From Raja brachyura (taxonomy: Eukaryota), in contig OY740785.1 of NCBI GenBank assembly GCA_963514005.1, forward strand, positions 34,100,001 through 34,164,000: 64,000 nucleotides of DNA, given 5' to 3'. The notes below the pieces were generated by a model. That model did no database searches, was not told the DNA's origin, and saw nothing but the letters and a program-made list of their open reading frames with translations. Below are positions 12,875 to 25,426 of the stretch, in pieces. Position 1 is the stretch's first letter. The number at the start of each line of letters is the position of its first letter. Position numbers and translations under genes: made by a program.

Positions 12875-13360
12875 ATAGACAATAGGTGGAGTAGGTCATT
12901 CGGCCCTTCGAGCCAGCACTGCCATTCAATGTGATCATGGCTGATCGTCCCTAATCAGTACCCCATTCCTGCCTTCTCCCCATATCCCCTATCTTAAAGA
13001 GCCCTATCTAGCTCTCTTGAAAGTATCCAGGGAGCCGGCCTCCACCGCTCTCTGAAGCAGAGAATTGCACAGACTCACACCTCTCTGTGTCTTCATCTTG
13101 CGTATGGTGCGCACAGCCTAAAGTTGTAGGACAACTTGTTCTATTTGATCTTCTGTTTGTGCACGTCGAGTTGATTGCATTTGTCGAAACGGGGCGGACC
13201 ACGTGAAGGTTGCAATCTTCCACCCCAGCTCTCTGTGTGAAGAACTGTTTCCTCGTCTCCGTTCTAAATGGCTCGCCCCTTACTCTTCAACTGTGGCCCA
13301 GTTCTGGACTACCCCAACATCGGGAACATGTTTCCTGCCTCTAGCATGTCCAAACCCATA
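12875..13360 (-). mobile_element. CR1 3' fragment containing a 138-bp insertion
   Basis: ggtcattcggcccttcgagccagcactgccattcaatgtgatcatggctgatc. Confidence 0.75.
13091..13228 (-). mobile_element. Short retroposed insertion (unclassified SINE or LINE tail)
   Basis: 10-bp TSD ctctctgtgt (13081-13090, 13229-13238); minus strand ends ccatacgcaagatgaag. Confidence 0.6.
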
Positions 13361-13408
13361 AGGAAATATAGGCTGGTTGGCAAAAGCGTTGATAAAGAGA
13401 CTAATTAA

Positions 13409-13636
13409 AGGGCCTGTCCCACTTTCATGACCTAATTCACAACCTTTTTTACTCGTGGATATTTTTCATCATGCTAGAAAAAACGCCCCGACCTACTTGA
13501 TGCCACGAGTACCTACGACTAGCATCACAACCTCCTACGACCTACCTACGACCTTGTGACAACCATGCTGCGAGTACGAGTCAAAGGCAAACTCGGCAGA
13601 GGTCGTATATTAGGTCGTGAAAGTGTGACAGGCCCT
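13409..13636. mobile_element. PIF/Harbinger-like MITE
   Basis: TIRs agggcctgtcccactttcatgacctaat / attaggtcgtgaaagtgtgacaggccct; TSD TAA. Confidence 0.85.
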
Positions 13637-13728
13637 TAACTCTTGTAAACAATAGGCTGCTAACAAGCTCGGGGACTTTGAGGATGGCTCAAAAACAAGT
13701 TAATGAGGAATAACAGGCAGTTCGTGAA

Positions 13729-13844
13729 CTGCAGATGCTGGAAAAATCGAAGGTAGCAAAAAATGCTGGAGAAACTCAGCAGGTGAGGCAGCATCTATGG
13801 AGAGAAGGAATAGGCGACATTTCGGGTCGAGACCTTTCTTCTAC
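13729..13844 (-). mobile_element. pLTR-derived short element with TSD
   Basis: 11-bp TSD cagttcgtgaa (13718-13728, 13845-13855); hammerhead remnant on the minus strand. Confidence 0.75.
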
Positions 13845-14082
13845 CAGTTCGTGAATGATGCTGTAATCAGGTGTGATCAACAAACAAGTAGAACTGGTTG
13901 TAAAATATTTGGTTATAAAAGGTAGACAATATAATTGAGTTCATTCCCTTTGGATGTGAAAAACCACCAGGATGGCCAAAAGTAGTCAACTTTGCTGCCT
14001 ATACAATTCCCTTCCTTCAGTTGATATTGATAGCAGACATTTTCTTGGATACTGCCCCTTCTTTAGATCTCTTTATAATCCT

Positions 14083-14360
14083 TTTAGTTTTAGAAACACA
14101 GTGTGGATACTTTGGCCCACCAAGTCCAGCGACCATCGATCACCCCTACACTAGTTCTATGTCCCACGCATTAGTTAGCCAATTAACCTACAACCCTGTA
14201 CATCTTTGGGATGTGGGAGGAGACCAGGACACCCGGAGAAAACCAACGTGGTCAACAAGAGAACGTACAAACTCCATACTGGCAGCACCCGAGGTCAGTG
14301 TGTAACCCAGGTAGCTGGTGCAGCGAGGCAGTAGCTCTACTGCTGAGCCACTGCTGTCCT
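14083..14360 (-). mobile_element. HE1-type SINE
   Basis: Reverse complement of the same consensus. Confidence 0.78.
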
Positions 14361-14569
14361 CTTGGTCTGCGGTGAATTTGCTGAACTCTACCTGTGCAAC
14401 AGCTGATGTAGACCCAACCAGCAGAAAAGGTGCTTTGGGTTACAAACCTGCAGCTCTCATTTCAATGTGTGGTCATACAGATGAAATACTGAAGTGTGTG
14501 TTTGCCAACCAGGCAATAACTAAATATATTGGCACTTTGCAAGCAAAGAAGACAATTATATTTTTCAAT

Positions 14570-14742
14570 AGATAGATATGAAATGCTGGAGTAACTCAAA
14601 GGGTCAGGCAGCATCTCGGGAGAAAAGGAATAGATGACGTTAGTCGAGAGCCTTCTTCGGAGGACCCAAAATGGCCCCCGTCAAATAATCCATCTCGACC
14701 CGGAATGTCACGTATACCTTTTCTCCAGAGATGCTGCCTGAT
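14570..14742. mobile_element. Inverted pLTR arms with a short spacer
   Basis: tcaggcagcatctcgggagaaaagg inverted to ccttttctccagagatgctgcctga. Confidence 0.6.
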
Positions 14743-15784
14743 ATCAAAAGCAAAGGAACAGTCTGCGTGATTGCTGACTAGGCAATGGAGAATTTATTGA
14801 ACATATTTGTTAGAAATGCTACTTGAGTGTTCTCTCTCCCATTGTCCCACTTGGAAAGCTTGCCACGTTTCTAGCATTTCATTTGAGGATTGTCATAGAC
14901 TGGAAAAGTAACTGTTTGGGTCCAGAGACAAAATGGACCACTTATCATTAATAAATGCTGTGGCCTTGTCATTACATTAAATAGATTTGTCCAGAAAGTT
15001 ATATATGTTTACTTCCACATCTGAGTTTCTCTTTCACCAGAGCAAACCTTTCTTTTTAATCCTTTATTTAGTTTTTATTTTACATAATTCATTGAAGTGC
15101 ACTGCATTTGGAGAGGTACTTTATTATGAAGTTTCGTCAAAGTGAATCACATACCACTTTTCGAACCAGAAAAATCAAGGATAAAACAATTGCATACACA
15201 TCAAGAGTGCAGAAGTTCATGTAATTCAGAAATGTTATGCAGCACGGAAACGGGGCCTTCAGCCCAACTCGTCTACGCCAACTAAAATACTCCATCTAAT
15301 CTAGTCCCATTTGCCGATACCTAGCCCATATTCCTGTAAACCTCTCTGGTCCACATACCTGTTTTAATAATGCTGTTGTTGTACCTTCCTCAACTAAACC
15401 CTCTGATACCCATTCGAAATACTCACCACCCCATGTGTGGAAAAAGTTGCCTCGAGTTCCTATTCAATCTTACCTATTAGGTTTTCCTCCCTCCCCTCCA
15501 GTTGACTTTGTTCCAATGCAGCCAGATGCAAATGTGACTCACCGAATAGACTGAATTTTTGGAATAACATGAAATGGTCCAGTGGCAATGGTGGCCGCCT
15601 CTCACAGCAAATAACCTTAACTTCCATTCATGTAACATCAAACACAGTTACACAATCACTCGCTCTGCCAAGGGATTTGTAGTTGCTTGCCAGGGAAATG
15701 TGTTCCAGAAAGGACAATGTTCCAGAAAGGAGAGAGTGCAGAGAGAGAACAAGAAGCAAAAAAGCAAGAAGTTATTTTTAATAT

Positions 15785-16095
15785 TAGTTTAGAGATACAG
15801 CATAGAAACAGGCCCTTCAGCCCACCGTGTCCACACTGTCCATTGGTCACCCATTATACTAGTTATCTCACACTATGTTATCTCACTTTCTCATCCACTC
15901 CCTACATACAATGTATGGACGCCAATTAACACACATCTTTGGGAAGGTTGGAGGAAACCGGAGCACCCGGGGGAAATATACACGGTCTCGGGGAGAATGT
16001 GTAAACTCCACACAGATAGCACCCGAGGTCAGGATTGAAGCCAGTTCTCTGGCGCTGAGGCAGCAGCTCTACCATCTGCACCATTCTGTTGCACC
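15785..16095 (-). mobile_element. HE1-type SINE
   Basis: Reverse complement of the same consensus. Confidence 0.78.
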
Positions 16096-16752
16096 ATTAA
16101 TAGTGCAATCAGGTTTCTGGACCAAGTGGCTGGGAAATGTGTGCCAGCAGTGTGGCTGAATATTGGACTGATTCACATTTGGGTGGGATGGCTGGTTAAG
16201 ACTGTTCCAAAAAAATTCTGAAAGAATGTTGCTTCTGGACCAACCAAGTAGCTGCCCAACTGCCAATTGGCAGTTTCAATTCCTGATACCTGACCCATGA
16301 TAACAACATTAAAAAAAAATACACATTGGCATGAAGCCAAGCAGGTGCTTTCACTGCATGTACACATTTACCCATCTGAAAAACATCACCCAGCAAGCAT
16401 GGGCTTGCATAAAGCACATTTGGAGTATCCACTCGTCCAGCACACTATTCAATTGTGACTCCAGCTATAACTATTACCAGAGTACAAATCTCGGAAAACA
16501 AATTTTCAAGATTGCTTAAAGTCATCCTTTTAAAGATTTTAAAATTCATCCCAGATATTTAATGATGTTTTTAGACATTGTATTGGCTGATATAAAAAAA
16601 GGTTAAACAATGGAACGAGCTACCTGTGGCAGTGACTATCCCTGGCTGGAAGGGGCAGATCCAACCCGCCGATCGGCGTAGAAGTCCCGATGAGATTGCC
16701 AAGTCTTCTGGTAACTTGAAGTAGCTTTTTTTAATTAAAAGTCTGGTTAGGT

Positions 16753-17231
16753 TAGAAACATAGAAAAATAGGTGCAGGAGTAGGCCATTCGGCCCTTCGA
16801 GCCTGCACCGCCATTCAATATGATCATGGCTGATCATCCAACTCAGTATCCCGTACCTGCCTTCTCTCCATACCCCCTGATCCCTTTAGCCACAAGAGCC
16901 ACTCCCTCTTGAATATAGCCAATGAACTGTCCTCAACGAGCTTGTGTGGCAGAGAATTCCAGAGACTCACCACTCTCTGGGTAAAGAATTTTTTCCTCAT
17001 CTCGGTCCAAAAGCAATTCCCCCTTAGACTGTGACCCCTTGTTCTGGACTTCCCCAACATCGGGAACAATCTTCCTGCATCTAGCTTGTCCAACCCCTTA
17101 AGAATTTTGTACGTTTCTATAAGATCCCCCCTCAATCTTCTAAATTCCAGTGAGTACAAGCCGAGTCTATCCAGTCTTTCTTCATATGAAAGTCCCGACA
17201 TCCCAGGAATCAGTCTGGTGAACCTTCTCTG
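16753..17231 (-). mobile_element. CR1 LINE 3' fragment
   Basis: QRRFTRLIPGM...RRLRGDLIETYKI; tail tagaaacatagaaa on +. Confidence 0.9.
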
Positions 17232-17649
17232 AACCAGAATGAACCATAGGTTGTGGCTATGATCTGAATAACTAAGCTTCATCACAGCTAAATCATTTAA
17301 AAGTTGAATTAGCTATGAAGACCTATCACTATTTTAGTACAACAAGTTGGGAAAGGATATGAAAATTGGGTCTAGCAATCCACACTGTGTAGATTTATAA
17401 GTTGCTCTTTCTTGACAAGCCACCTAGCTCAAAACTCATTTATCTCCATGCAATGTTAATACTGTGCACATCAATTGCTTTTTTGAGCTCTGTCATCGCG
17501 CTCAGTACACTTCAGGGTGAGAGCCTTTCAAATTGAACCAGCTCTTCCTTTCTTTGAACAGATTCTAATTTGAAGTGGTGAGTCGTTTGTCATGTTGAGC
17601 AAGCAGTTCCCTTTTTCTTCCTTTCTAAACCTATTATTGGAAATTAAAT

Positions 17650-17959
17650 GCACTGCAGATGCTGCAGAACTGCAGATGCTGTTTTAAATCTGGATTTAAG
17701 AGAGAGTTGGCACTAGCTCTAGGGGCTAGTGGAGTCCAGGGATATGGGGAGAAGGCAGGCACGGGTTATTGATAGGAGACGATCAGCCATGATCATGTTG
17801 AATGGCGGTGCTGGCTCCAAGGTCCGAATGGCCGCCTCCTGCACCTATTTTCTATGTTTCTACAGAAAGAAGAAGGGTTTCGACCCGAAACGTCACCCAT
17901 CCCCACTCTCCAGAGATGCTGCCTGTCCCACTGAATCACTCCACCATTTTGTGTCTATC
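17650..17959. mobile_element. Composite: pLTR stub + CR1 3' tail + hammerhead arm within one TSD
   Basis: 13-bp TSD ttggaaattaaat (17637-17649, 17960-17972). CR1 tail about 17692-17862; gaagaagggtttcgacccgaaacgtc near 17870-17894. Confidence 0.75.
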
Positions 17960-19321
17960 TTGGAAATTAAATTCCTGTAATGCAAAATTACCACTGCTCA
18001 TTTCTGCCTGAGCATTACCGTACAAAATGGATCTGACCAGCATCTTAAGATGCACAACAGAAGCTTCCTTTTCATTGGTATGCCTCTCGTGGTAGCCTAT
18101 GTTATGCTTCTTTCATTTAAAGAGCCGTTAATTTGATTTTATGCTCAACAATACCCATTGTTCTGTCAAAATCAACCAATGTTTTGGTTTGATATTTCTC
18201 TGTTAACATGGCAAAGTTAAACACTTTTATTCTGGTTGGCTATTGCCCAAAGAAATGTGCTGCCTTACTTTGTAATTACTCCCTTGTTTAATTAACAGTA
18301 AGATCCTGGGAATGATGGGATGTTTTGTTAATGGACAGACATGCCATCACTTTAACTGTTTAACACATGATACACTAAAAATAGCAGTAAACTGCCATCA
18401 TAACACAGCAATCTATTAAGCCGTTCTTCCAAATAGATGTTGAAGTTCACATGATAGTGAAGAATCATTTTTTTAAAATACTTTTGCTCTAAGATGCTTC
18501 CGTTCTAGTATCACTCATACTGCTCAGTATATATATTTTTTCTGTGCTTTATTGTGTATAAACATTCAATTTGCATTGTTAGTGAACTGCACTGATACAC
18601 AATCAAGGTTAAAATCGCCAGTGTGCAATAAGCTAACTGATCTTTATTCATAGAGGACTTGAGTTATTACTTGCATGTGAGCAGGTTAAAATGGCATGGA
18701 CTCTCACTCTGGTCACTTTTTAATATGTGGACTAGATTAGATCTGGTGTGATCCTGCATTACGGGCAAAAAGCCCATTGATACTTCATACTTAAATGCTG
18801 GCATTGAATGGGCACAGGACATAATTTGAGCTCGCCGAGATATGCCACAGCATGATTCGCAGCATTTTGGAAAGAAATGAAGTAGGAATACTCTATTGTC
18901 ACGTATGACCAGGCACAGTGAGATTCTTTGCTTGCATAAACAACGCACACAAATAACCCTAGTTAAAGCAAGGTGTACGAGCAATATTATGAAAAGATCA
19001 TGTAATAGTAGAATTAGGCCATTCGGCTTGTCAAGTCTACTTCGCCATTGAATCATGGCTGATCTATCTCACTCTCTCCTAACCCCATTTCTCCTGCCTT
19101 CACCCCATGACCTCCGACACCCGCACTAATTAAGAAATGCAACAGAATCGCAGTGCCATGTAGATGTTTGAAGATACCTTGCATTTTGATTGCTGCTCTT
19201 CACAACGTCCAGTACAATAGGCAGATGGGATTGTTTGTAAAGTATGCACAGAATCCTGTTTGCATTTACTTCGCTGGCAGCATCCAGTAAACTGATTGCT
19301 TGTGTTGTTTTTCATTTGCAG

Positions 19322-22300
19322 ATTCAGACAGCTTGGAGTTCACTCATGCAGGGGACAATGACTTTCCTCCAAGCTGCAAAAGACTCAAGACTGAAAAGGA
19401 CCCCCAGGTAGGCGTGGAGGCAGTGGGTCACCAAGAAGAATCTCCTGCTAGGCTGCCCAATGTGGCCAGACACCGTCATGATGCTTCCTTTCGACAAACG
19501 AATGGCTTTGTGAATCACAGCCATCTGGAGGCAAGCGTAGAAGTTATGCTGGAGGAAGACTGCGGTTTTGAGGAATCTTCCTTGTATTGTGAAAGGCTTA
19601 GCAAAACCAAACTGCCGGATGATGGGAAACTCTACAAATGTTCCTACTGTAACTACACAACTGACCAGTCAGACAAATTGAAGCATCATTTCCTGATTCA
19701 CGAAGGCCAGAAGGCTTCAAGGAACGTCACTGCACCTGACGGATTGGAAGCCCAGCCACAGAAAAAGTCTTACAAATGCACCTACTGTCATTTTGCCTGT
19801 GATCATATGATCACCTTAACGCGACACAAGAGGCAGCACATGAGCAAACCTTTAATGGATAAAAAAGGGAGCACTGGTTCTAAGAAACCTGTTCCCTCTC
19901 AGGCAGACTCTGACAAGACCACCATGGAAAGTGAAAAGAAGTTTTACAATTGCTCATATTGCAATTATACATCATATTTGATGGGGAATCTACAGCGCCA
20001 CATCCGTATCCACCTTGGAGAAAAGCCCTTCAAGTGTGACCAGTGCTACTATGCAACTGGCCAGTCAGGAAACTTGAAGCGTCACAAACTAACTCATACA
20101 CAGAAACGGTCTTACTCTTGTAACCAGTGTGACTATGCATCTGGTCAGATGGGCAATCTCAAACGACATATGCTGACGCACTCACGGAAAAAGTGCTTCA
20201 AATGCAGCCAGTGTGAATACGAAGGGGAAAGTATGGCTGACTTAATGAGGCACAAACAAAACCACAAGGATGACAACATTTTCTTGCAAAACAATGAGAC
20301 AGACACAACTGCATTAAACAAGAATGATGAAGAGAAGTCTTATAAGTGTTTGTATTGTAGCTATGCCTCGCCACTGTTGGGGAACCTCCAGCGACACATG
20401 CGTATCCACCTCGGAAAAAAGCCCTTCAGGTGCGACAAATGTGATTATTCCTCCTGTCAGACGGGGAACCTGAAACGCCACAAGCTGACGCACACACGTG
20501 AGAGAATTTTTAAATGCCGCCAGTGTGGCCACATCTGCAGTAACTTAATAGATTTAAAACGGCACAAAGCGACTCACTTAAAGGATAAGCCCTTACAAGA
20601 TGAGGAAAAAGCTCCAGAGAACAAGCGAGGTGTCGGCGATGAAGTCTCAGCCCTTACTCCCAAGCAAGCTGAAATGGGCACTGGGGATAAAAAGCCTTAC
20701 GAATGTTCGTATTGTGATTACACGTCGTTATTGTTGGGAAACCTCCAAAGGCACACTCGCATTCATCTTGGAGAGAAGCCCTTCAAATGCGACCAATGTG
20801 ACTATGCAACCTATCAGTCTGGGCACCTCAAGAGGCACAGACAGACACACGTGCACAAAAGATCACTGAGGTGCCGCTTTTGTGAATATGTCTGTGGGAA
20901 TGTGAGAGAAGTAAAGCAGCACCAACAAGAGCACACCAAGAAAACTGGAAGCGGAGACAAGAAGCCTTTCAAATGCACACACTGCAATTATGTGTCTTCT
21001 TTATCAGGGAACCTGCAACGGCACATCCGTATCCACTTGGGAGAAAAACCCTTTAAATGTGACCAATGCGAATATGCATCCCACCAGTCAGGAAATCTCA
21101 AGCGTCACATATTAACTCATTCTCGGCCCAAGTCCTTCAAATGTGGCATCTGCTACTGTACCTGCAGCAGCGCTGCGGGGCTAAAGGAACACAAGGAGAA
21201 TCACATCAAGAAAGAATTTCTGGTGCAGGACGACGAGGATGGGATTGGGAAAACCCAGGAGCGTTATTCCTGCAAGCTGTGTAGCTTTGTCTCAGAATAT
21301 CCCGGTCATCTCATGCGCCACATGAAAACTCACAACTCGGAGAAGCCATACAAGTGTCACTACTGTGCATATGCGACAGTACAACAGGGCAATCTGAAAC
21401 GGCACATATTAATCCACACTGGGGAAAAGCCCTTCCAGTGCGACGAATGTAGTTATACCTGTAGCCGGATGGAGAATTTGAAACGGCACAAGCAAATCCA
21501 TGTGGAAAATACATTCCCGGAAGAAGGGGAAGGCAGCAGTTCACTGAAATCCAAGATACTCTTTCCTTGTGAAGTGTGCAACTTTAAAGCCCAGTACCCC
21601 AGCATCCTTGCAAGGCACATGAAAGCTCACACAGATGAGGCAGGGAAAACAGAGGGGGCCGAAAGTGTCTGCCCAGATGAAAAGCCCTTTCGGTGTGACC
21701 AGTGCTCCTACTGTACCTGCAGTACGACCAGCTGGAAGGAGCATTTGCAGAGCCATGTGGACGGTGCAATAGCACAAGAGTGCAAGGAAGAAAGCAACAC
21801 TGAAAATGCCCCAAAGCATTTTTCTTGCAATCTGTGTGACTTCATCACCAAAGACCCCGAGGACTTAATGAGACACATAAAAATCCACAGCACAGGCTCT
21901 GCACCCGGTGATCCCCACACCCCTTCCACTGGGGTACCTACATGTCAAAGTAGTGAGAACATCTTCTCTTGCAAGTTGTGCAATTTTGTTACACAGTACC
22001 CCAACCACTTCATAATGCACATGAAAATGCACATGAAAACTCACACCACGAACAATAGTGAATACCAGTGTTCCCATTGCAACTATACCACCAAGCAAAG
22101 TGGGAACTTTAAGCGCCATATCCAGGTTCACTTGGGTGTAAAGCCATATAAATGTAAAAAGTGCGACTATGCTTCAATTAATTTTGCAAACTTGAAGCGG
22201 CACTTGCAGACCCATATGAAAGAAACATCTAACCAAATCAATCGCCCCTCTTCTGATACTGTTGATCAGGCACAAAAGGACATAAAAAAGGAGAAAGATG

Positions 22301-22947
22301 ATAATGTAGATTCGCAGGAAGGTAGCTCTGAAAATAATGACAAACCTCCCAGCTGTGCTTCAAGACATTTAAAACGGAAGAGGCAGCATAAATGTCCCCA
22401 TTGCTCATACAAGACCATCGAGCTGGGGAACCTCAACAGACACGTCAGGAGTCACAGAGGAGACAAACCCTTTAAATGCACTCAGTGTAACTATGCTTCC
22501 ACCCAAATGGTCAACGTCAAACGACACCTTCTAACGCACACGGGAAAGAGGTTCTACCAGTGCACGGAGTGCGAGTTTCTGTGCGAGGGCAAGGTGGCCT
22601 TTAAACTGCACAAGCAGAATCATACGGCAAGTTTAGAGATAAAGAAGGAAGGGGAGGATGAGAATGGCCTTGGCAAAGAACAGAAATTCTTCTCTTGCGA
22701 GTTGTGCAATTTTGTCTCTCAGTACCAGAGCAACCTCATCAGACACATGAACATACACAACTACAGGAGGCCATACAAATGCTCACAGTGTAACTACGTC
22801 TCTGCCCAACAGGGCAATCTGAAGCGACACATGAGGAACCATCTGCAGAGAGAAACCTTCCAATGTGAACAGTGCAACTATTCGTGTGCTTCCATGACCA
22901 ATCTCAAACGACATGCCAGGGTTCATACAAGTCCAATTGTGCAATAA
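19322..22947 (+). CDS. Large terminal coding exon of a 30-finger C2H2 zinc-finger protein, ZNF513-like (upstream exon(s) not identified)
   Basis: The 1215-aa ORF has 30 C-x2-C-x12-H-x3-H motifs and HLGEKPF/HTGEKPF linkers. Acceptor gtgttgtttttcatttgcag ends at 19321 (phase 1); stop TAA 22945-22947. The triplet SCKLCSFVSEYPGHLMRHMKTH / YATVQQGNLKRH / YTCSRMENLKRH resembles ZNF513 fingers as I recall them. The gene is convergent with SNX17, as ZNF513 is in mammals. Confidence 0.92.
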
Positions 22948-24165
22948 AGGGAAAGCTTGCGTTGGAAAGGTTAAAGAGTCCTGTTCAACGGGTTAGATTG
23001 TTGTGATGGGCAGCACTCTGCATCCTACACTGACTTAAGGAGTAATGCAGAGTTAGACATGTTTTACTGTGGCTTATCCCAGTATATAACTAAAAGGTGC
23101 AGTGATAGACTCTTGAAAGCCATCCAATACAAGCAACATCAAGAAACTAAAGGGACTTGTTTGGGATAAAATGGTATTAGTTTTGGGGGCAAGCATTGGT
23201 GGAGTGCCACTTTACAACTATACTTGAAATCATTGTAAATCTTAAAAATACATCGGTGTGAACAAAAGTTCTGATTGTTTAACCCACAGTAGAGTGAAGC
23301 TCTCTTCCGGCCTCTTTGGGATGTTCACTTGTCTTAAGTAGATTCTTGGTTATTACTGCCAATTTTCGATCAAAGTGAAAACCAGAGGCTATAACTTTCA
23401 CTGAAAAAAAAATCAAACTAAAGTAGATATATCAGGTAGACTTCATATCGAAAGGTGATAAACGTTTGGTTATATCATAGCAAAAAAAAATAGAAGGGGC
23501 ATTCATGATTGTTAAAACGGGGCCATTGGGATACAAGAGGAAAGCTGATTTTTCCATTTGCATCCACTTCTTATGTTTGTTTAAAATGATGTAAATGGGT
23601 ATTAAGAGGTAAATAACCTATTGAATGTACATTAGCAGATAGGAGATGCTGCAGATCCATATTAATCTAGCAGTGATCATTGACTGGCTAAGTAGTCAAA
23701 GCTGTACACCTAATTCATTTTCTTGAGGGGCTGAGCCTTTTGTCTTTCCCAGGATTACTACAGTCGTTTTACACTGGGGTTGTTGATTTAGTCTAAATTT
23801 GAGCAGAGTGTTCAATCACATTAAATACTAAAGCATGGGTTGTAATTATTTTTTTGATAATTTATATAGTTAGTAATGATTAAAGAACATTCATTATTAT
23901 GTGCTTCTGAATTTCATCTGAATCTGTCACCGTAACAAATAGCTTATATAAGTTTGTCCATGAAATGCCACTTTACTGTTTGTGTGTGTCATTCAAATGT
24001 CCTTAAACTTTCCAGTGAATTATAAATATAGTAAATGTATCCAATTTGGACACGATCCCTTAAAAGTGAATTCAATCTTGGTTTTACTACAATTTTATAT
24101 CTCTGGTTTTGTTCTCATTGCACCAGAAGTAGAATATGCATTTCAGGTAGTAAGACAAAAATCTT
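22948..24165 (+). other. Probable 3' UTR of the zinc-finger gene
   Basis: Repeat-free AT-rich stretch after the stop. AATAAA overlaps the stop codon (22943-22948); ATTAAA near 23820 and 23879. Confidence 0.45.
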
Positions 24166-24174
24166 AAATAGAGA

Positions 24175-24440
24175 ATGTAGAAACGAGGAACTGCAGATGC
24201 TGGCTTACAAAAAAAGAGACAAAGTGCAGGAGTAACTCAATAGGTCAGGCAGCATCCCTAGTTTGGTGAAGTGTTCGGTCAGGACCCTTCTCAGACCGTG
24301 GGGAGGGAAAGAAAGCGAGATAAAAGCCTTGCTTTCTTCGCCCCACCGTCACCATCAGACTGAAAAACGGTCCCTACTGAAATGTTCTCCACGGATGCTG
24401 ACTGAGCTGAATTACCCCAGCACTTTGTGCGGTTTTTTAA
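24175..24440. mobile_element. Degenerate inverted pLTR arms
   Basis: gaactgcagatgctgg...gacccttctcagac on the left and actgaaaaacggtccc...gatgctg...taccccagc on the right. Confidence 0.55.
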
Positions 24441-25426
24441 AGACTAAAATAAATATTGGTCTGGTTGAAGTGCAGGGATTCCCTTTAGTGCAATATCACT
24501 GACATGAAATGCATCATTGTGGGAAACAATTTGGACTGCAGAATTGAAGATGCTAATTCCCTTGCTGTTACGTTGGAGAATGCAAAATGCCTGTTAAACT
24601 GGAAGCAAATTAAATCTGCTGATTAGGTCATGATTTTGGTGAAACCTTTTTTTCATTTTGTCACCGAACGTTGCAAATATTTAATGGATTGTAGTTTAAT
24701 TTAGTTTGCAATTGCTCCTGGTAAATTTGAATGTACAATGGAGAAAAAAGCATAGCAAAAACCTGTTTGCAATTGTAATTTCATTCTTTCAAAACTCTAT
24801 TCTCTCTGTCGCTCTCCACTTCATATCGTTTGGACTTTTGTTGAATTTTCCATGTTACAAGGCAATAGAATCTACAGGAACGGATTTGGAAAATAAATTA
24901 TTTCGCAAGACATTGAGACTTTCCAGAAACAATGTTTGTATCAAATGCCTTTTTTTGCTTTGTTTGGCATAAAGTTGATCAATTAATACAGTTGCAAAAA
25001 CATGTCATTATTGTCATTTAATTTAATTTTGGTTAAATTTTACGAATCATAGTTAAGAGTTATGCAGAGCAGAAACAGACCCTTCAGTCCACAACACATT
25101 TTTGCCCTTCTACATTTTCATACATCAGATGCGTATACGTCTATGACCTGCCTTTTTGAGTACTGACTCCACTACTTTCTCTGGTAGTGAGTTCCACAAC
25201 TGCTTAACCACATCCTTTCAATAATGTGACTAGAAGTTCACACGATAATTAAGGTGTAATTTAACCATTGTTTTATAAAGTTGCAACACAATGTGCCAGA
25301 TTTGAGATTTTATGCTCCATCTGTGAAGACAAGCATGTCATATGCTTTTATTAACTTCCTATTTATTTGTGCTGCCACTTTAGGGGGCGCTATGGATTTG
25401 AACAAGCTTCCACTAAAATGCTGAAA

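Noticed and set aside
19300-19321. ORF-track start MCCFSFA for the zinc-finger protein
   Set aside because: Non-ATG start inside a polypyrimidine tract ending in a canonical acceptor; intronic.
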